From positions 512,001 through 576,000 of the forward strand of contig JAXGNR010000004.1 of the NCBI GenBank assembly GCA_040767965.1: a DNA stretch of 64,000 nt. The letters run 5' to 3'. How positions within the stretch are numbered: position 1 is the first letter of the stretch; every line of letters starts with the position of its first letter. The position numbers and the translations under genes are program-made. The notes below the pieces were generated by a model that did not search any database, had not been told where the DNA came from, and saw only the letters and a list, made by a program, of their open reading frames with translations. The DNA is from Atribacterota bacterium. Its GTDB lineage: Bacteria > Atribacterota > Phoenicimicrobiia > Phoenicimicrobiales > Stramentimicrobiaceae. Positions 54,624 to 63,795 of this stretch are shown piece after piece.

Positions 54624-55904
54624 TCAATTTTCTAGAATGATTGGTTTACTGGTAAAATCTTTTCCTGCAAATCTTTTATTTTCCAGCTGATAAGCGAGGG
54701 TATAAAGTTTGGTTGATAATATATCATAATTTATCATCTTGCAAACAACTGGGTCTTTATTATTTTTTACAAAATTTGCAAATTTAATAATAACAGGTAT
54801 TTTGGAATTATCTTTTATTTTTCTTAGAATTTTTTTCCCGTTATTATTAAACCCAAGTATTCTGCAATAAAGCGGACCAGATTCATTAAAAACATCGATT
54901 TCATTTCGGGTTATATTAAACATGCTATGGATAAGAATTCTTTGTATCTTTGTTCTGGTATATCTTTTAGTTTTAATATTTTGAATAAGACTTTCAATGC
55001 TGTATGAATTTATAACTTCTTCTATAATCCTATTTTCCAACCCTTCGTGAATACCATTTATATTTTTTAGTTCTGATCTGGTAATTCTTCTCAGTATAGC
55101 CATAATGATAATCTCGAAATTTTGCATAGAAACAGGATTAACATTTTCATTTAATTCTTTCAAAAATATTTGATAAGAAGAATCAGGTATTGCAGATTTT
55201 ATTTCATTTAAGGGGTATAAATTTTGATGATAATTGTCAATTATTTTTTTCCTGACAGCAGTGGCACTGGAATACTTTCCTTCCAGTATATTTTTTGAAT
55301 AATTCGAGCCAATTCTTTTAATAAGAATTGGCTCAAGAGGGCTATTAATACGCAATAGGGATTGTAAATATTCTAGCGCTAAAATATTATTCGGGTATTT
55401 TAAAATATTTTTAACTATTTTCATAAAATTATCATGACCAAAATTTTTTAAATAATATTCAGTAACCGCATTTTCTATAACCTTAGGATAAGTGAATCCT
55501 TTTTTAAATTCTGCCTTTATAATCTCACTTAAAAAATCTGGCTCATCTTTCAATAGTTTAGCTAATAAATAAAAATAATCTAAGTTAGTTTCTTCGCATC
55601 CAAAAGAAATATAATCTATTACATTAAGGTCGTTTAATATTTTTACTGCTGCTTGGGCAAATTTTTTTGCATACTGAGTAGCAAAAACAAAAGGCAATTC
55701 TATCACTAAATCAACACCAGCATTTAAAGCCATGTTAGTTCTAACCCATTTATCCAATATGGCAGGCTCACCTCTTTGCAGAAAGTTACCGCTCATGACA
55801 GCTACTGTAAAGTCATTTTTAGCTATTTCTTTTGTTTTTTTCAAATGATAAAGATGCCCATTATGAAAAGGGTTATATTCAGCGACAATACCTGCTATAG
55901 ACAT
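54624..55904 (-). CDS. tmcAL: tRNA(Met) cytidine acetate ligase TmcAL (YlbM)
   Basis: GIVAEYNPFHNGH, MSGNFLQRGEPA, PNNILALEY, SATAVR and KRYTRTKIQR. Confidence 0.9.
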   Translation of the reverse strand: MSIAGIVAEYNPFHNGHLYHLKKTKEIAKNDFTVAVMSGNFLQRGEPAILDKWVRTNMALNAGVDLVIELPFVFATQYAKKFAQAAVKILNDLNVIDYISFGCEETNLDYFYLLAKLLKDEPDFLSEIIKAEFKKGFTYPKVIENAVTEYYLKNFGHDNFMKIVKNILKYPNNILALEYLQSLLRINSPLEPILIKRIGSNYSKNILEGKYSSATAVRKKIIDNYHQNLYPLNEIKSAIPDSSYQIFLKELNENVNPVSMQNFEIIIMAILRRITRSELKNINGIHEGLENRIIEEVINSYSIESLIQNIKTKRYTRTKIQRILIHSMFNITRNEIDVFNESGPLYCRILGFNNNGKKILRKIKDNSKIPVIIKFANFVKNNKDPVVCKMINYDILSTKLYTLAYQLENKRFAGKDFTSKPIILEN

Positions 55905-55931
55905 ATTTACCTCGAAATAATCATATTTTTA

Positions 55932-55940
55932 TGATATAAT
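55932..55940 (+). promoter_or_regulatory. Extended -10 element for pta
   Basis: TG-A-TATAAT in the short tmcAL/pta divergent gap. Confidence 0.55.
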
Positions 55941-55996
55941 TATACCGTATTTTTTCTAATACACTATAAGAAGTTTTGAAAGGGTTGATTTTATTT

Positions 55997-57007
55997 ATGA
56001 ATATTTCAGAAAACATAAGATTAAAAGCCAAGCAACAGATAAAAAAAATTGTTTTACCTGAAGGTGATGAACCTAGAGCAATAGAGGCTTCTAAAATAAT
56101 CTATCAAGAGGAATTTGCTGAAGTTATCTTATTAGGAAATGAAGAAAGTATTAAAAAAACTGCTGAAGAAATTAATGTAAAGTTACCAGAATCAATTACA
56201 ATAATAGATCCAAACTTATCAGATAAAAAAGAAGAATATGCAACTTTATATTATAATATTCGAAAAAATAAAGGAATGACAATCGAAGAAGCCAAAAAAC
56301 TTTTGTCAAATCCACTCTATTTTGCTGCACTTATGGTTTATAATGATGATGCAGATGGTCTAGTTGCCGGATCGGTAAATTCAACTGGCGATGTTTTTAG
56401 ACCAGCATTGCAAACAATCAAAACATCTGACAATGTTAAAATAGTTTCAAGCTCTTTTATTATGATTATACCAAACTGTTCTTATGGTGAAGATGGTGTT
56501 ATTTTATTTGCTGACTGTGCTTTATTCCCGGATCCAAATGCAGAAGAATTAGCAGATATAGCAATTGCCAGCGCCAAAACTGCTAAAACACTTTTAGGAA
56601 TAGAGCCCAAAGTTGCAATGCTCTCTTTTTCTACCAAAGGGAGTGCAAAACACCCTTTAGTAGAAAAGGTTATCAAAGCAACGAATATTGTTAAAGGGAA
56701 AGAGCCAGAATTAAAAATTGACGGTGAATTACAGGCTGATGCAGCTTTAATTCCGGAAATAGGAAAAAGGAAAGCCCCGGATAGTAAAATAGCCGGAGAA
56801 GCTAATGTATTAATATTCCCTGATTTACAAGCGGCTAATATTGGTTATAAATTAGTAGAAAGACTTGCTAATGCAGAAGCTATTGGTCCTATATCTCAGG
56901 GGATGAAAAAACCTGTAAATGATTTATCAAGAGGGTGTTCTGTTGACGATATCGTAAATGTAGTAGCAATAACTGCACTACAAGCCCAAGAGACTAAAAA
57001 GGTTTAA
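55997..57007 (+). CDS. pta: Phosphate acetyltransferase
   Basis: IVLPEG, FADCA, AMLSFSTKGS, DGELQADAA, FPDL..NIGYK and NDLSRGC. Confidence 0.96.
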   Translation: MNISENIRLKAKQQIKKIVLPEGDEPRAIEASKIIYQEEFAEVILLGNEESIKKTAEEINVKLPESITIIDPNLSDKKEEYATLYYNIRKNKGMTIEEAKKLLSNPLYFAALMVYNDDADGLVAGSVNSTGDVFRPALQTIKTSDNVKIVSSSFIMIIPNCSYGEDGVILFADCALFPDPNAEELADIAIASAKTAKTLLGIEPKVAMLSFSTKGSAKHPLVEKVIKATNIVKGKEPELKIDGELQADAALIPEIGKRKAPDSKIAGEANVLIFPDLQAANIGYKLVERLANAEAIGPISQGMKKPVNDLSRGCSVDDIVNVVAITALQAQETKKV

Positions 57008-57034
57008 ATATTTTGTTATGAAGAAATATTTAAG

Positions 57035-57063
57035 TTGCACATTTCTTAATAATTTTATATAAT
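57035..57063 (+). promoter_or_regulatory. sigma70 promoter of rpmF
   Basis: TTGCAC-17nt-TATAAT. Confidence 0.7.
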
Positions 57064-57127
57064 ACTAAATTGTCAATTATTGTTTTCAGTTATTTTTCAA
57101 CTAATTTGTTTTAAAGGAGGAAATACA

Positions 57128-57328
57128 TTGGCTTGCCCTAAAAGAAAAACATCAAATTCTAGAAAAAATAAAAGAAGAACTCATTGGGTTGAGAAATCAA
57201 TCAACTTAATAGAATGCCCAAGATGCCATGAGTATAAACGCCCGCACCACGTTTGTCCTGCCTGTGGATATTACAATGGTGAAAAAATAATACAAGAAAA
57301 AGATGCTGCTGAAAAAGTAAAAAGTTAA
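57128..57328 (+). CDS. rpmF: 50S ribosomal protein L32 (TTG 57128)
   Basis: ACPKRKTS..R..KRR and CPRC..PHHVCPACGYY; AAGGAGG RBS. Confidence 0.96.
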   Translation: MACPKRKTSNSRKNKRRTHWVEKSINLIECPRCHEYKRPHHVCPACGYYNGEKIIQEKDAAEKVKS

Positions 57329-57362
57329 AAGATATTATAGATAATAATATTTAAGTTAATAT

Positions 57363-57421
57363 TTACAGTAAAAAACTTAAAAAATGCCTTTTAATGGCAC
57401 TTTTTAAGTTTTTTACTGTAA
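57363..57421 (+). terminator. Long hairpin terminator after rpmF
   Basis: TTACAGTAAAAAACTTAAAAA-A-TGCC / GGCA-C-TTTTTAAGTTTTTTACTGTAA. Confidence 0.8.
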
Positions 57422-57468
57422 CAAATTCTGCTATAGATTTTCGAAAACAAATTTATTTACATAAAAAC

Positions 57469-57497
57469 TTGATTTAGGAAATATATTTATATATACT
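57469..57497 (+). promoter_or_regulatory. sigma70 promoter of the fapR operon
   Basis: TTGATT-17nt-TATACT. Confidence 0.7.
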
Positions 57498-57521
57498 ACC
57501 ATTTAGCAATAAGGGTAACGA

Positions 57522-57538
57522 TTAATAGTTGCTAATAA
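57522..57538 (+). promoter_or_regulatory. Putative FapR operator
   Basis: TTAATAGTTGCTAATAA fits the 17-bp TTANTA-N5-TANTAA FapR box and lies between the promoter and the fapR start. Confidence 0.6.
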
Positions 57539-57555
57539 AAAGAACTTTGTATAGT

Positions 57556-58146
57556 ATGAATAAAGAAATAAGACAAGAAAAAATAAAAGAAAAAATTGCC
57601 GAAAATCCATTTTTATCAGATGAGCAATTATCAAAATTATTTAAAGTAAGCATTCAAACTATAAGATTGGATAGATTGGAAATGGGAATACCTGAAATGC
57701 GAAAAAGGGTGATCAATCTAGCCCAAAAGGCCACTTCAAAAGTAAAAGCTTTAAATAAAGATGATATAATTGGTGATTTAATTGACATTGAATTAGGGAA
57801 AAATGGTATTTCGACTATGCGAACTACAAGGGAAATGGCATTTGATAAAAATGACCTTATAAGAAGTCATTATATTTTTTCCTTAGCAGATTCTTTGGCT
57901 ATGGCTATTATTGATTCTGATGTGGTGCTAACTGGAAGAGCTCGTTTAAGGTATAAAAATCCAGTTTATGCTGGACAGCTTTTAGTTGCAAAAGCTAGAA
58001 TAGCTGTAAAAAAAAGTAATAAATATTTAGTTTCTGTACATATTAGCAGTGATCATGTAGAAGTGTTTTCTGCTAAAATGATAATGGTATCTCTTGACAA
58101 AAAATCTAAAAAACCATCTTTAGATTTAATAGATTATAGGAATTAA
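57556..58146 (+). CDS. fapR: Fatty-acid/phospholipid synthesis repressor FapR
   Basis: NPFLSDEQL..F.VSIQTIRLDR..GIPE HTH plus a hot-dog domain. Confidence 0.93.
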   Translation: MNKEIRQEKIKEKIAENPFLSDEQLSKLFKVSIQTIRLDRLEMGIPEMRKRVINLAQKATSKVKALNKDDIIGDLIDIELGKNGISTMRTTREMAFDKNDLIRSHYIFSLADSLAMAIIDSDVVLTGRARLRYKNPVYAGQLLVAKARIAVKKSNKYLVSVHISSDHVEVFSAKMIMVSLDKKSKKPSLDLIDYRN

Positions 58147-58158
58147 GGAGTAAATAAA

Positions 58159-58392
58159 ATGGAAGTATTTGATAAAGTAAAAAAAATAATTGTTGATCAG
58201 CTTGGTGTTGAAGAAGATAAAGTAAAAGCAGATTCATCTTTTATTGATGACTTGGGAGCTGATTCTTTGGATATAGTTGAACTAATAATGGCTTTTGAAG
58301 AAGAATTTGATATTGAAATTGCAGATGAAGATGCGGAAAAAATCAAAATTGTCGGAGACGTAATCCGGTACTTAGAAAAAAATGATAAATAG
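58159..58392 (+). CDS. acpP: Acyl carrier protein
   Basis: [21 protein letters not shown]. Confidence 0.98.
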   Translation: MEVFDKVKKIIVDQLGVEEDKVKADSSFIDDLGADSLDIVELIMAFEEEFDIEIADEDAEKIKIVGDVIRYLEKNDK

Positions 58393-58437
58393 ATTCTGTG
58401 AATGAGATTTTTGGCATTAAGATAATAAGGCGAATGG

Positions 58438-59163
58438 ATGTCTGATAAGCTTTCAAAAATAAACTTAGCTAATTTTGAAAAATTGCTAAATTATAAATTT
58501 AAATCTAATGCTTTGTTAATAAAAGCATTAACCCATTCATCTTATTATAATCAGAATAAAGCTGATAATTCTAATCACTTTCAAAGATTAGAATTTCTCG
58601 GTGATTCAATAATAAATTTAGTTACAAGTGAATATTTGTTTAAAAAATTTCCTTTTTTCTCTGAAGGTAAATTATCTAAATTAAAAGCTGCCATGATTTG
58701 CCAATCTTACCTGGTAAAATTAGCGAATACAGTGCAGCTTGAAAAATATGTAATTATCGGTAAAAGTGTTGACTTGAATAGAGGAAGAGGGAAATTTTCT
58801 ATTTTATCAGACTGCATAGAATCTTGCATTGGTGCAATATTTTTGGACAGTAATTATTGTACTGTAAAAAAAGTGATTAAAAAATTGATTGCTAAAGTGG
58901 AGGCCAATAAATTAACAGTAGACCAAGGTGATGTTTCAAAAGATTTTAAATCACTATTGCAGGAAATTACCCAAAAAAATATGGATTGCTTGCCTGAGTA
59001 TTTATTGGTTAAAGAAGAAGGTTCAGAGCATAAAAAATTGTTTACGATCGAAGTAAGAATTAATGGCCAGATATACGGAAATGGCATTGGAAAAAATAAA
59101 AAAGAGGCTGAACAAAATGCTGCCTCCCAGGCACTTAAAAAGATGGGAAAACATTTTAATTAG
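58438..59163 (+). CDS. rnc: Ribonuclease III
   Basis: ALTHSS, RLEFLGDS, SDCIESCIGAI and a dsRBD (DFKSLLQE, KKEAEQNAA). Confidence 0.95.
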   Translation: MSDKLSKINLANFEKLLNYKFKSNALLIKALTHSSYYNQNKADNSNHFQRLEFLGDSIINLVTSEYLFKKFPFFSEGKLSKLKAAMICQSYLVKLANTVQLEKYVIIGKSVDLNRGRGKFSILSDCIESCIGAIFLDSNYCTVKKVIKKLIAKVEANKLTVDQGDVSKDFKSLLQEITQKNMDCLPEYLLVKEEGSEHKKLFTIEVRINGQIYGNGIGKNKKEAEQNAASQALKKMGKHFN

Positions 59164-59178
59164 AAGAAGGTTCCTGAT

Positions 59179-62100
59179 TTGCATTTAAAAGAAATTCAGA
59201 TAAAAGGCTTTAAATCATTTGCGAATAAAATTAAACTTAATATTACTAATGGAATAACAGTAATTGTTGGTCCAAACGGATGTGGAAAGAGTAATGTTAT
59301 AGATGCCGTAAGATGGATACTTGGAGAACAAAATATGCGTTCTTTGAGGGGCAGTAATTTATCTGATATGATATTTGCCGGTAACAAACAGCAAAAAATG
59401 CGCAATGTAGCTGAAGTTTCAATAGTTTTCAATAATAATGATAAAAAATTACCATTAGACTCAGAAGAAGTTGAAATAAAAAGAATTGTGTATCGTTCTG
59501 GTGACACAGAAAACTATATTAATGGTTACCCTTGTAGGTTAAAAGAAATTAATGAATTATTTTTAGGAACTGGTTTAGGGAAAAACTCCTATTCAATAAT
59601 TGCCCAGGGAAAAGTAGAGTTTGTTTTGAACGCAAAGCCCTCTGAAAGAAGGGTATTATTTGAAGAAGCTGCAAGCGTATCAATATATAAAAATAAAAAA
59701 GAAAGTACTATTAAAAAGCTAGATAATGTTAATAGCAATTTAGCAAGAATCAATGATATCTTATCAGAAGTGCAGGAAAATCTTTCCTACTACAGGAAAA
59801 AAGCAGATGACTTAAAACTATATCACTCATATAGAGAAAAAATAAAAAAGTTAGATTATTTTCTTTTAAGCCAACAGTATTTGCTTTATGACAAAAACCT
59901 GAAAAAATACCAGCAAAAACTAAATAATCTGAGTGATGAAAAAGATAATATTGAAAAATATATAGCCGAGAAAAAAAACTATGTTAAAGAAATAGAATTA
60001 TCTCAAAATCAATTAATTAGCCAAAAAGATCAATTAGAAGAGCAAGTGTTAAAAAATAATGAAGAAAAAACAAAAAAGAACAATCAATTAATAATTGTTA
60101 GACAAAAAAAATCCGAAATACTTAATACAATCAAAGGGTTGAAAGAAGAACAGGAAAATACTCAAAAACAGTATATAAAATTCAATGAAACTGTATCTGC
60201 GATAGAAAATGATATTGCCAATGCTACTCTCAGTACAGAAGAAATAAAAGAAAGAAAAGAAAGAGAAGATCTTTCTAAAACAAGTTTTATAAATATATTA
60301 AAAAAATATTCTTATTTTATAGATACTTTGGAAAAGAATAAAAATTATCTTATAGAAAATTACATTAACAGATATAAAGAAGAAATAATTAAAAATGAAG
60401 CAATTGAAAAATCTTTAATGTTTTCAATAAAAGATATTGAAAGAGAAATCAATATTAGCGATAAACAGAAAAAAGAAAACATTCTTACAATTGAAAAATA
60501 CAATAATAATATAAAAATTTATGATGAAAAAATTAATAATTTGCAAAAAGAAATAGAAAAATTAAAAAATGAGTTAATGCAAAGCGAAATATCATTAAAA
60601 AAAGAACAAAATGAATTAAAAGATTTGCAGAATGATCTTCTTTTAAAGAAAAAAGAAAAAGATTTTTTAGAAGAACTATTAAAGAATCGAGAAGATAATG
60701 TTTTTGGTAAAACTCATAATTTAAAAAAATATTTTTCAGATAAAGAAGTGCTAACCAGTTTATATGAAATTATTAAAGAAGATCCGTTTAATTTAACGAT
60801 GCTGTTCTCTTCAATTTATACAAATAAAGATAATATATTAAAAATTAATTCGCCGAAAGAGCTAGAAGATTTGATACATGTTAAAAAAAATATTATAAAA
60901 TGGAATCTTGATCAGGTTATTGCAATATACGATAACTGTGATTTTTTAAATATACTAAAAAATAGAAAAGAAAAATATAGTAATATTCTGAAAAAATATA
61001 GAATAAAAGGTTTTGCAAATGATATGGTCAGATACCACAATAATTATAGTAATATTATGGAATTATTTTTCGGGGATATTGTGGTTATTGAAGATCATCT
61101 CAATGCCTTTGACCTATTTAAAGAAATCCAGGGTGCTTTTAATGTTGCATCATTGGATGGCATTTATATAGGAAGTAATGGTTTTGTAATATTAAATTAC
61201 TTTTCTAAAAATAACAAAAAAGATACTATCAACTTATCTACTCAAAAAATTGATAAAATAGAAAAAGATATTTTTATTTTAAAAAATTCTTTGAAAGAAA
61301 AAGAATTATCTGCCAATGCTCTTAAAAAAAGGAATAATGAAATCCTTATAAAAATGAAAAAAATTGAAGACCTGTTAAACAATTATCAAAATAGTTTGCA
61401 AAAAGAAAAGAAATTGATTATTGATAATAATATTTTAGAATCCAGTTTGAATGATAAAGTAAAAAATTTAAATAATAAATTGCTTTCTGAAAAAAATAAA
61501 AGAGAAAATTTAGAAAAAACCACATCTTTATTTAATAACAAGATTAAAAAAATAGAACAGTATTTAGAAGAACAACATAAACTTTTTAAATTAATATCTT
61601 TTATAAAAGAGCATTGCTTAAATGAAATACAGTCTTTAAATAAAAAAATAGAAAGCTATAACATAAAAATGCAATGGAATTCTGAAAGAGATATTCTCCT
61701 GAAAAAACAAAAAAATGAAATGATTCAATTCATTCAGAATTACCAACAAGAAGAAAGCAACAGGCAGGGGAAAATACAAAAATTAAAATTAGAAGAAGCT
61801 GATTTGATCTCAAAAGAGTCAGAAATGATTGATGTTTATAATAAATTAGAAAATATACTGAACAAAATAAATTCTGATAAAATAAAAATACTTGCGAAAA
61901 TAAAAGAGCACGACACATCATTAAAAGATCTCAGGATAGATATTGAAAATACCCAAAATAAAATAGAAAAAATAAAAAATTATTATTATGAAGCTGAAAT
62001 GGGAAGAGTTCAAAATGAAGAAAAAATTAAATATTTATTAGAAACTATAAAAAATCAATTTAACTCAACAGTTGACGAAGTATTATCATACAAAGATGAA

Positions 62101-62769
62101 ACTAACACTCAAAAAGAAGCATCTGAGAATATCGCTTATTATAAAGAAAAAATATCTTCCATGGGTCAGATAAATTTTGATGCTATTCAAGAATTCCAGA
62201 AACACCAAAGTAGATATAACGAGCTGAATGATAAAAAAATTGATATTGTAAAATCAAAGGAAAAATTAATAGATTTAATTAAAAAGATTGATTGGATAGC
62301 TGAAGATCATTTTTTAAAAACCTTTCAAATGGTAGAGATATACTTTAAAGATATTTTCCAAAAGCTATTCGATGGTGGGCAGGCAAATCTGGAATTGACA
62401 AACACAAAAAGAATATTAGATGCAGGCATAGAAGTAATGGTTCAACCACCAGGTAAAAAATTACAAAATATATCACTATTGTCTACTGGAGAAAAGTCCT
62501 TAACAGCAATTGCTCTTTTGTTTGCCTTATGGAAAGTCAACCCCAGTCCATTTTGCTTTTTTGATGAAATAGATTCTGCTTTAGACGAGACAAATGTTTT
62601 ACGTTTGGCTAATTTTTTAAAAAATGAAGATTTAAAAGAAGCTCAAATAATAATAATAACACATCAAAGAGGAATTATGGAGTCTGCTGATGCTATTTAT
62701 GGAATTACAATGGAAGGCTCTGGAATATCCAAGCTTATGTCTGTTAAAATATTAGATTCTGAGGAGTGA
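59179..62769 (+). CDS. smc: Chromosome segregation ATPase Smc (degenerate hinge)
   Basis: GFKSF, GPNGCGKSN, SLRG, AQG, long coiled coils, LSTGE, FDEIDSALD and ITH; rnc-smc-ftsY synteny. Confidence 0.92.
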   Translation: MHLKEIQIKGFKSFANKIKLNITNGITVIVGPNGCGKSNVIDAVRWILGEQNMRSLRGSNLSDMIFAGNKQQKMRNVAEVSIVFNNNDKKLPLDSEEVEIKRIVYRSGDTENYINGYPCRLKEINELFLGTGLGKNSYSIIAQGKVEFVLNAKPSERRVLFEEAASVSIYKNKKESTIKKLDNVNSNLARINDILSEVQENLSYYRKKADDLKLYHSYREKIKKLDYFLLSQQYLLYDKNLKKYQQKLNNLSDEKDNIEKYIAEKKNYVKEIELSQNQLISQKDQLEEQVLKNNEEKTKKNNQLIIVRQKKSEILNTIKGLKEEQENTQKQYIKFNETVSAIENDIANATLSTEEIKERKEREDLSKTSFINILKKYSYFIDTLEKNKNYLIENYINRYKEEIIKNEAIEKSLMFSIKDIEREINISDKQKKENILTIEKYNNNIKIYDEKINNLQKEIEKLKNELMQSEISLKKEQNELKDLQNDLLLKKKEKDFLEELLKNREDNVFGKTHNLKKYFSDKEVLTSLYEIIKEDPFNLTMLFSSIYTNKDNILKINSPKELEDLIHVKKNIIKWNLDQVIAIYDNCDFLNILKNRKEKYSNILKKYRIKGFANDMVRYHNNYSNIMELFFGDIVVIEDHLNAFDLFKEIQGAFNVASLDGIYIGSNGFVILNYFSKNNKKDTINLSTQKIDKIEKDIFILKNSLKEKELSANALKKRNNEILIKMKKIEDLLNNYQNSLQKEKKLIIDNNILESSLNDKVKNLNNKLLSEKNKRENLEKTTSLFNNKIKKIEQYLEEQHKLFKLISFIKEHCLNEIQSLNKKIESYNIKMQWNSERDILLKKQKNEMIQFIQNYQQEESNRQGKIQKLKLEEADLISKESEMIDVYNKLENILNKINSDKIKILAKIKEHDTSLKDLRIDIENTQNKIEKIKNYYYEAEMGRVQNEEKIKYLLETIKNQFNSTVDEVLSYKDETNTQKEASENIAYYKEKISSMGQINFDAIQEFQKHQSRYNELNDKKIDIVKSKEKLIDLIKKIDWIAEDHFLKTFQMVEIYFKDIFQKLFDGGQANLELTNTKRILDAGIEVMVQPPGKKLQNISLLSTGEKSLTAIALLFALWKVNPSPFCFFDEIDSALDETNVLRLANFLKNEDLKEAQIIIITHQRGIMESADAIYGITMEGSGISKLMSVKILDSEE

Positions 62770-63691
62770 TTGTTATTAATAATATATTTATAAATTTAAA
62801 ACAAGGACTAAAAAAAACAAGAGATAACTTGATAGATAAATTTGACATGATATTTAGCGATGCTTCTGGTAATAAAGATGAAGTATTGGAAAAGATTGAA
62901 GAGCTTTTAATACTCTCTGATATTGGTCCAAGGATTACTAATGATATTTTAAAAGAATTTAATAAAATGAATCTGCATAATTATAAAATCAATAATTTTG
63001 AAAATTTTAAAAATAAATTAAAAGATATCTTAATAATGATGATACCTGAACAGGAAGACACTTGGGAATTAGAAAAAGATAGATTAAATATAATAATGGC
63101 TGTAGGAGTAAATGGTACTGGGAAAACATCATTTATTGGAAAATTGGCTAATTATTTTAAGAATACTGGTGAAAGAGTTTTGTTGATACCTGCTGATACC
63201 TATCGAGCTGGGGCAATAAAACAATTGATATTGATGGCAAATAGAATTAATGTTGAATATTTAAATACTACAGAAAATGCTGATCCTGCTTCAGTAGTAT
63301 TTGATGGAATTAAATCTGCTATTGCGAAAAATAAAAACATTGTATTGGTAGATACTGCAGGTAGATTGCACACTCATCATAATCTTATGAAAGAGTTAGA
63401 AAAAATAAAGAGAATTATAGAAAAAACTGCACCTGATGCTGTTTTAAAAACAATACTGGTTATTGATGCCACTACCGGGCAAAATGGTTTAAGTCAGGCT
63501 TATTCTTTCAAAGATTCTCTTGACATAACAAGCCTTTCCCTGACAAAGCTAGATGGAACAGCAAAGGGAGGTATTGCCTTTACAATCCAAAAAGAGCTAA
63601 ATATTCCTTAGAATATGTAACATTTGGAGAAAATATTAATGACTTAAGTAAATTTGATCCTGAAAAATTTATTGAAGCCTTGCTTGATTGA
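62766..63691 (+). CDS. ftsY: SRP receptor FtsY with a 1-nt frameshift near 63609
   Basis: GVNGTGKT, DTYRAGA, DTAGRL and TKLDGTAKGG; the C-terminus EYVTFGENINDLSKFDPEKFIEALLD* continues in the -1 frame to TGA 63689-91. Confidence 0.9.
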
Positions 63692-63716
63692 CACTAAATA
63701 TATTTTTCTATATACT
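63688..63716 (+). promoter_or_regulatory. sigma70 promoter of ffh
   Basis: TTGACA-17nt-TATACT overlapping the restored ftsY stop. Confidence 0.75.
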
Positions 63717-63795
63717 TATATAGAATTTTGACTTTTTATAAAATATTTAAGTTAAAGATAATTTAATTAAAAATTTATAAAAGAATTGGGAAAAA

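Noticed and set aside
63609-63620. TAG read-through or alternative genetic code in ftsY
   Set aside because: Read-through gives only NM* in frame. The conserved tail is in another frame, and TAG, TGA and TAA all end other genes at their expected C-termini.
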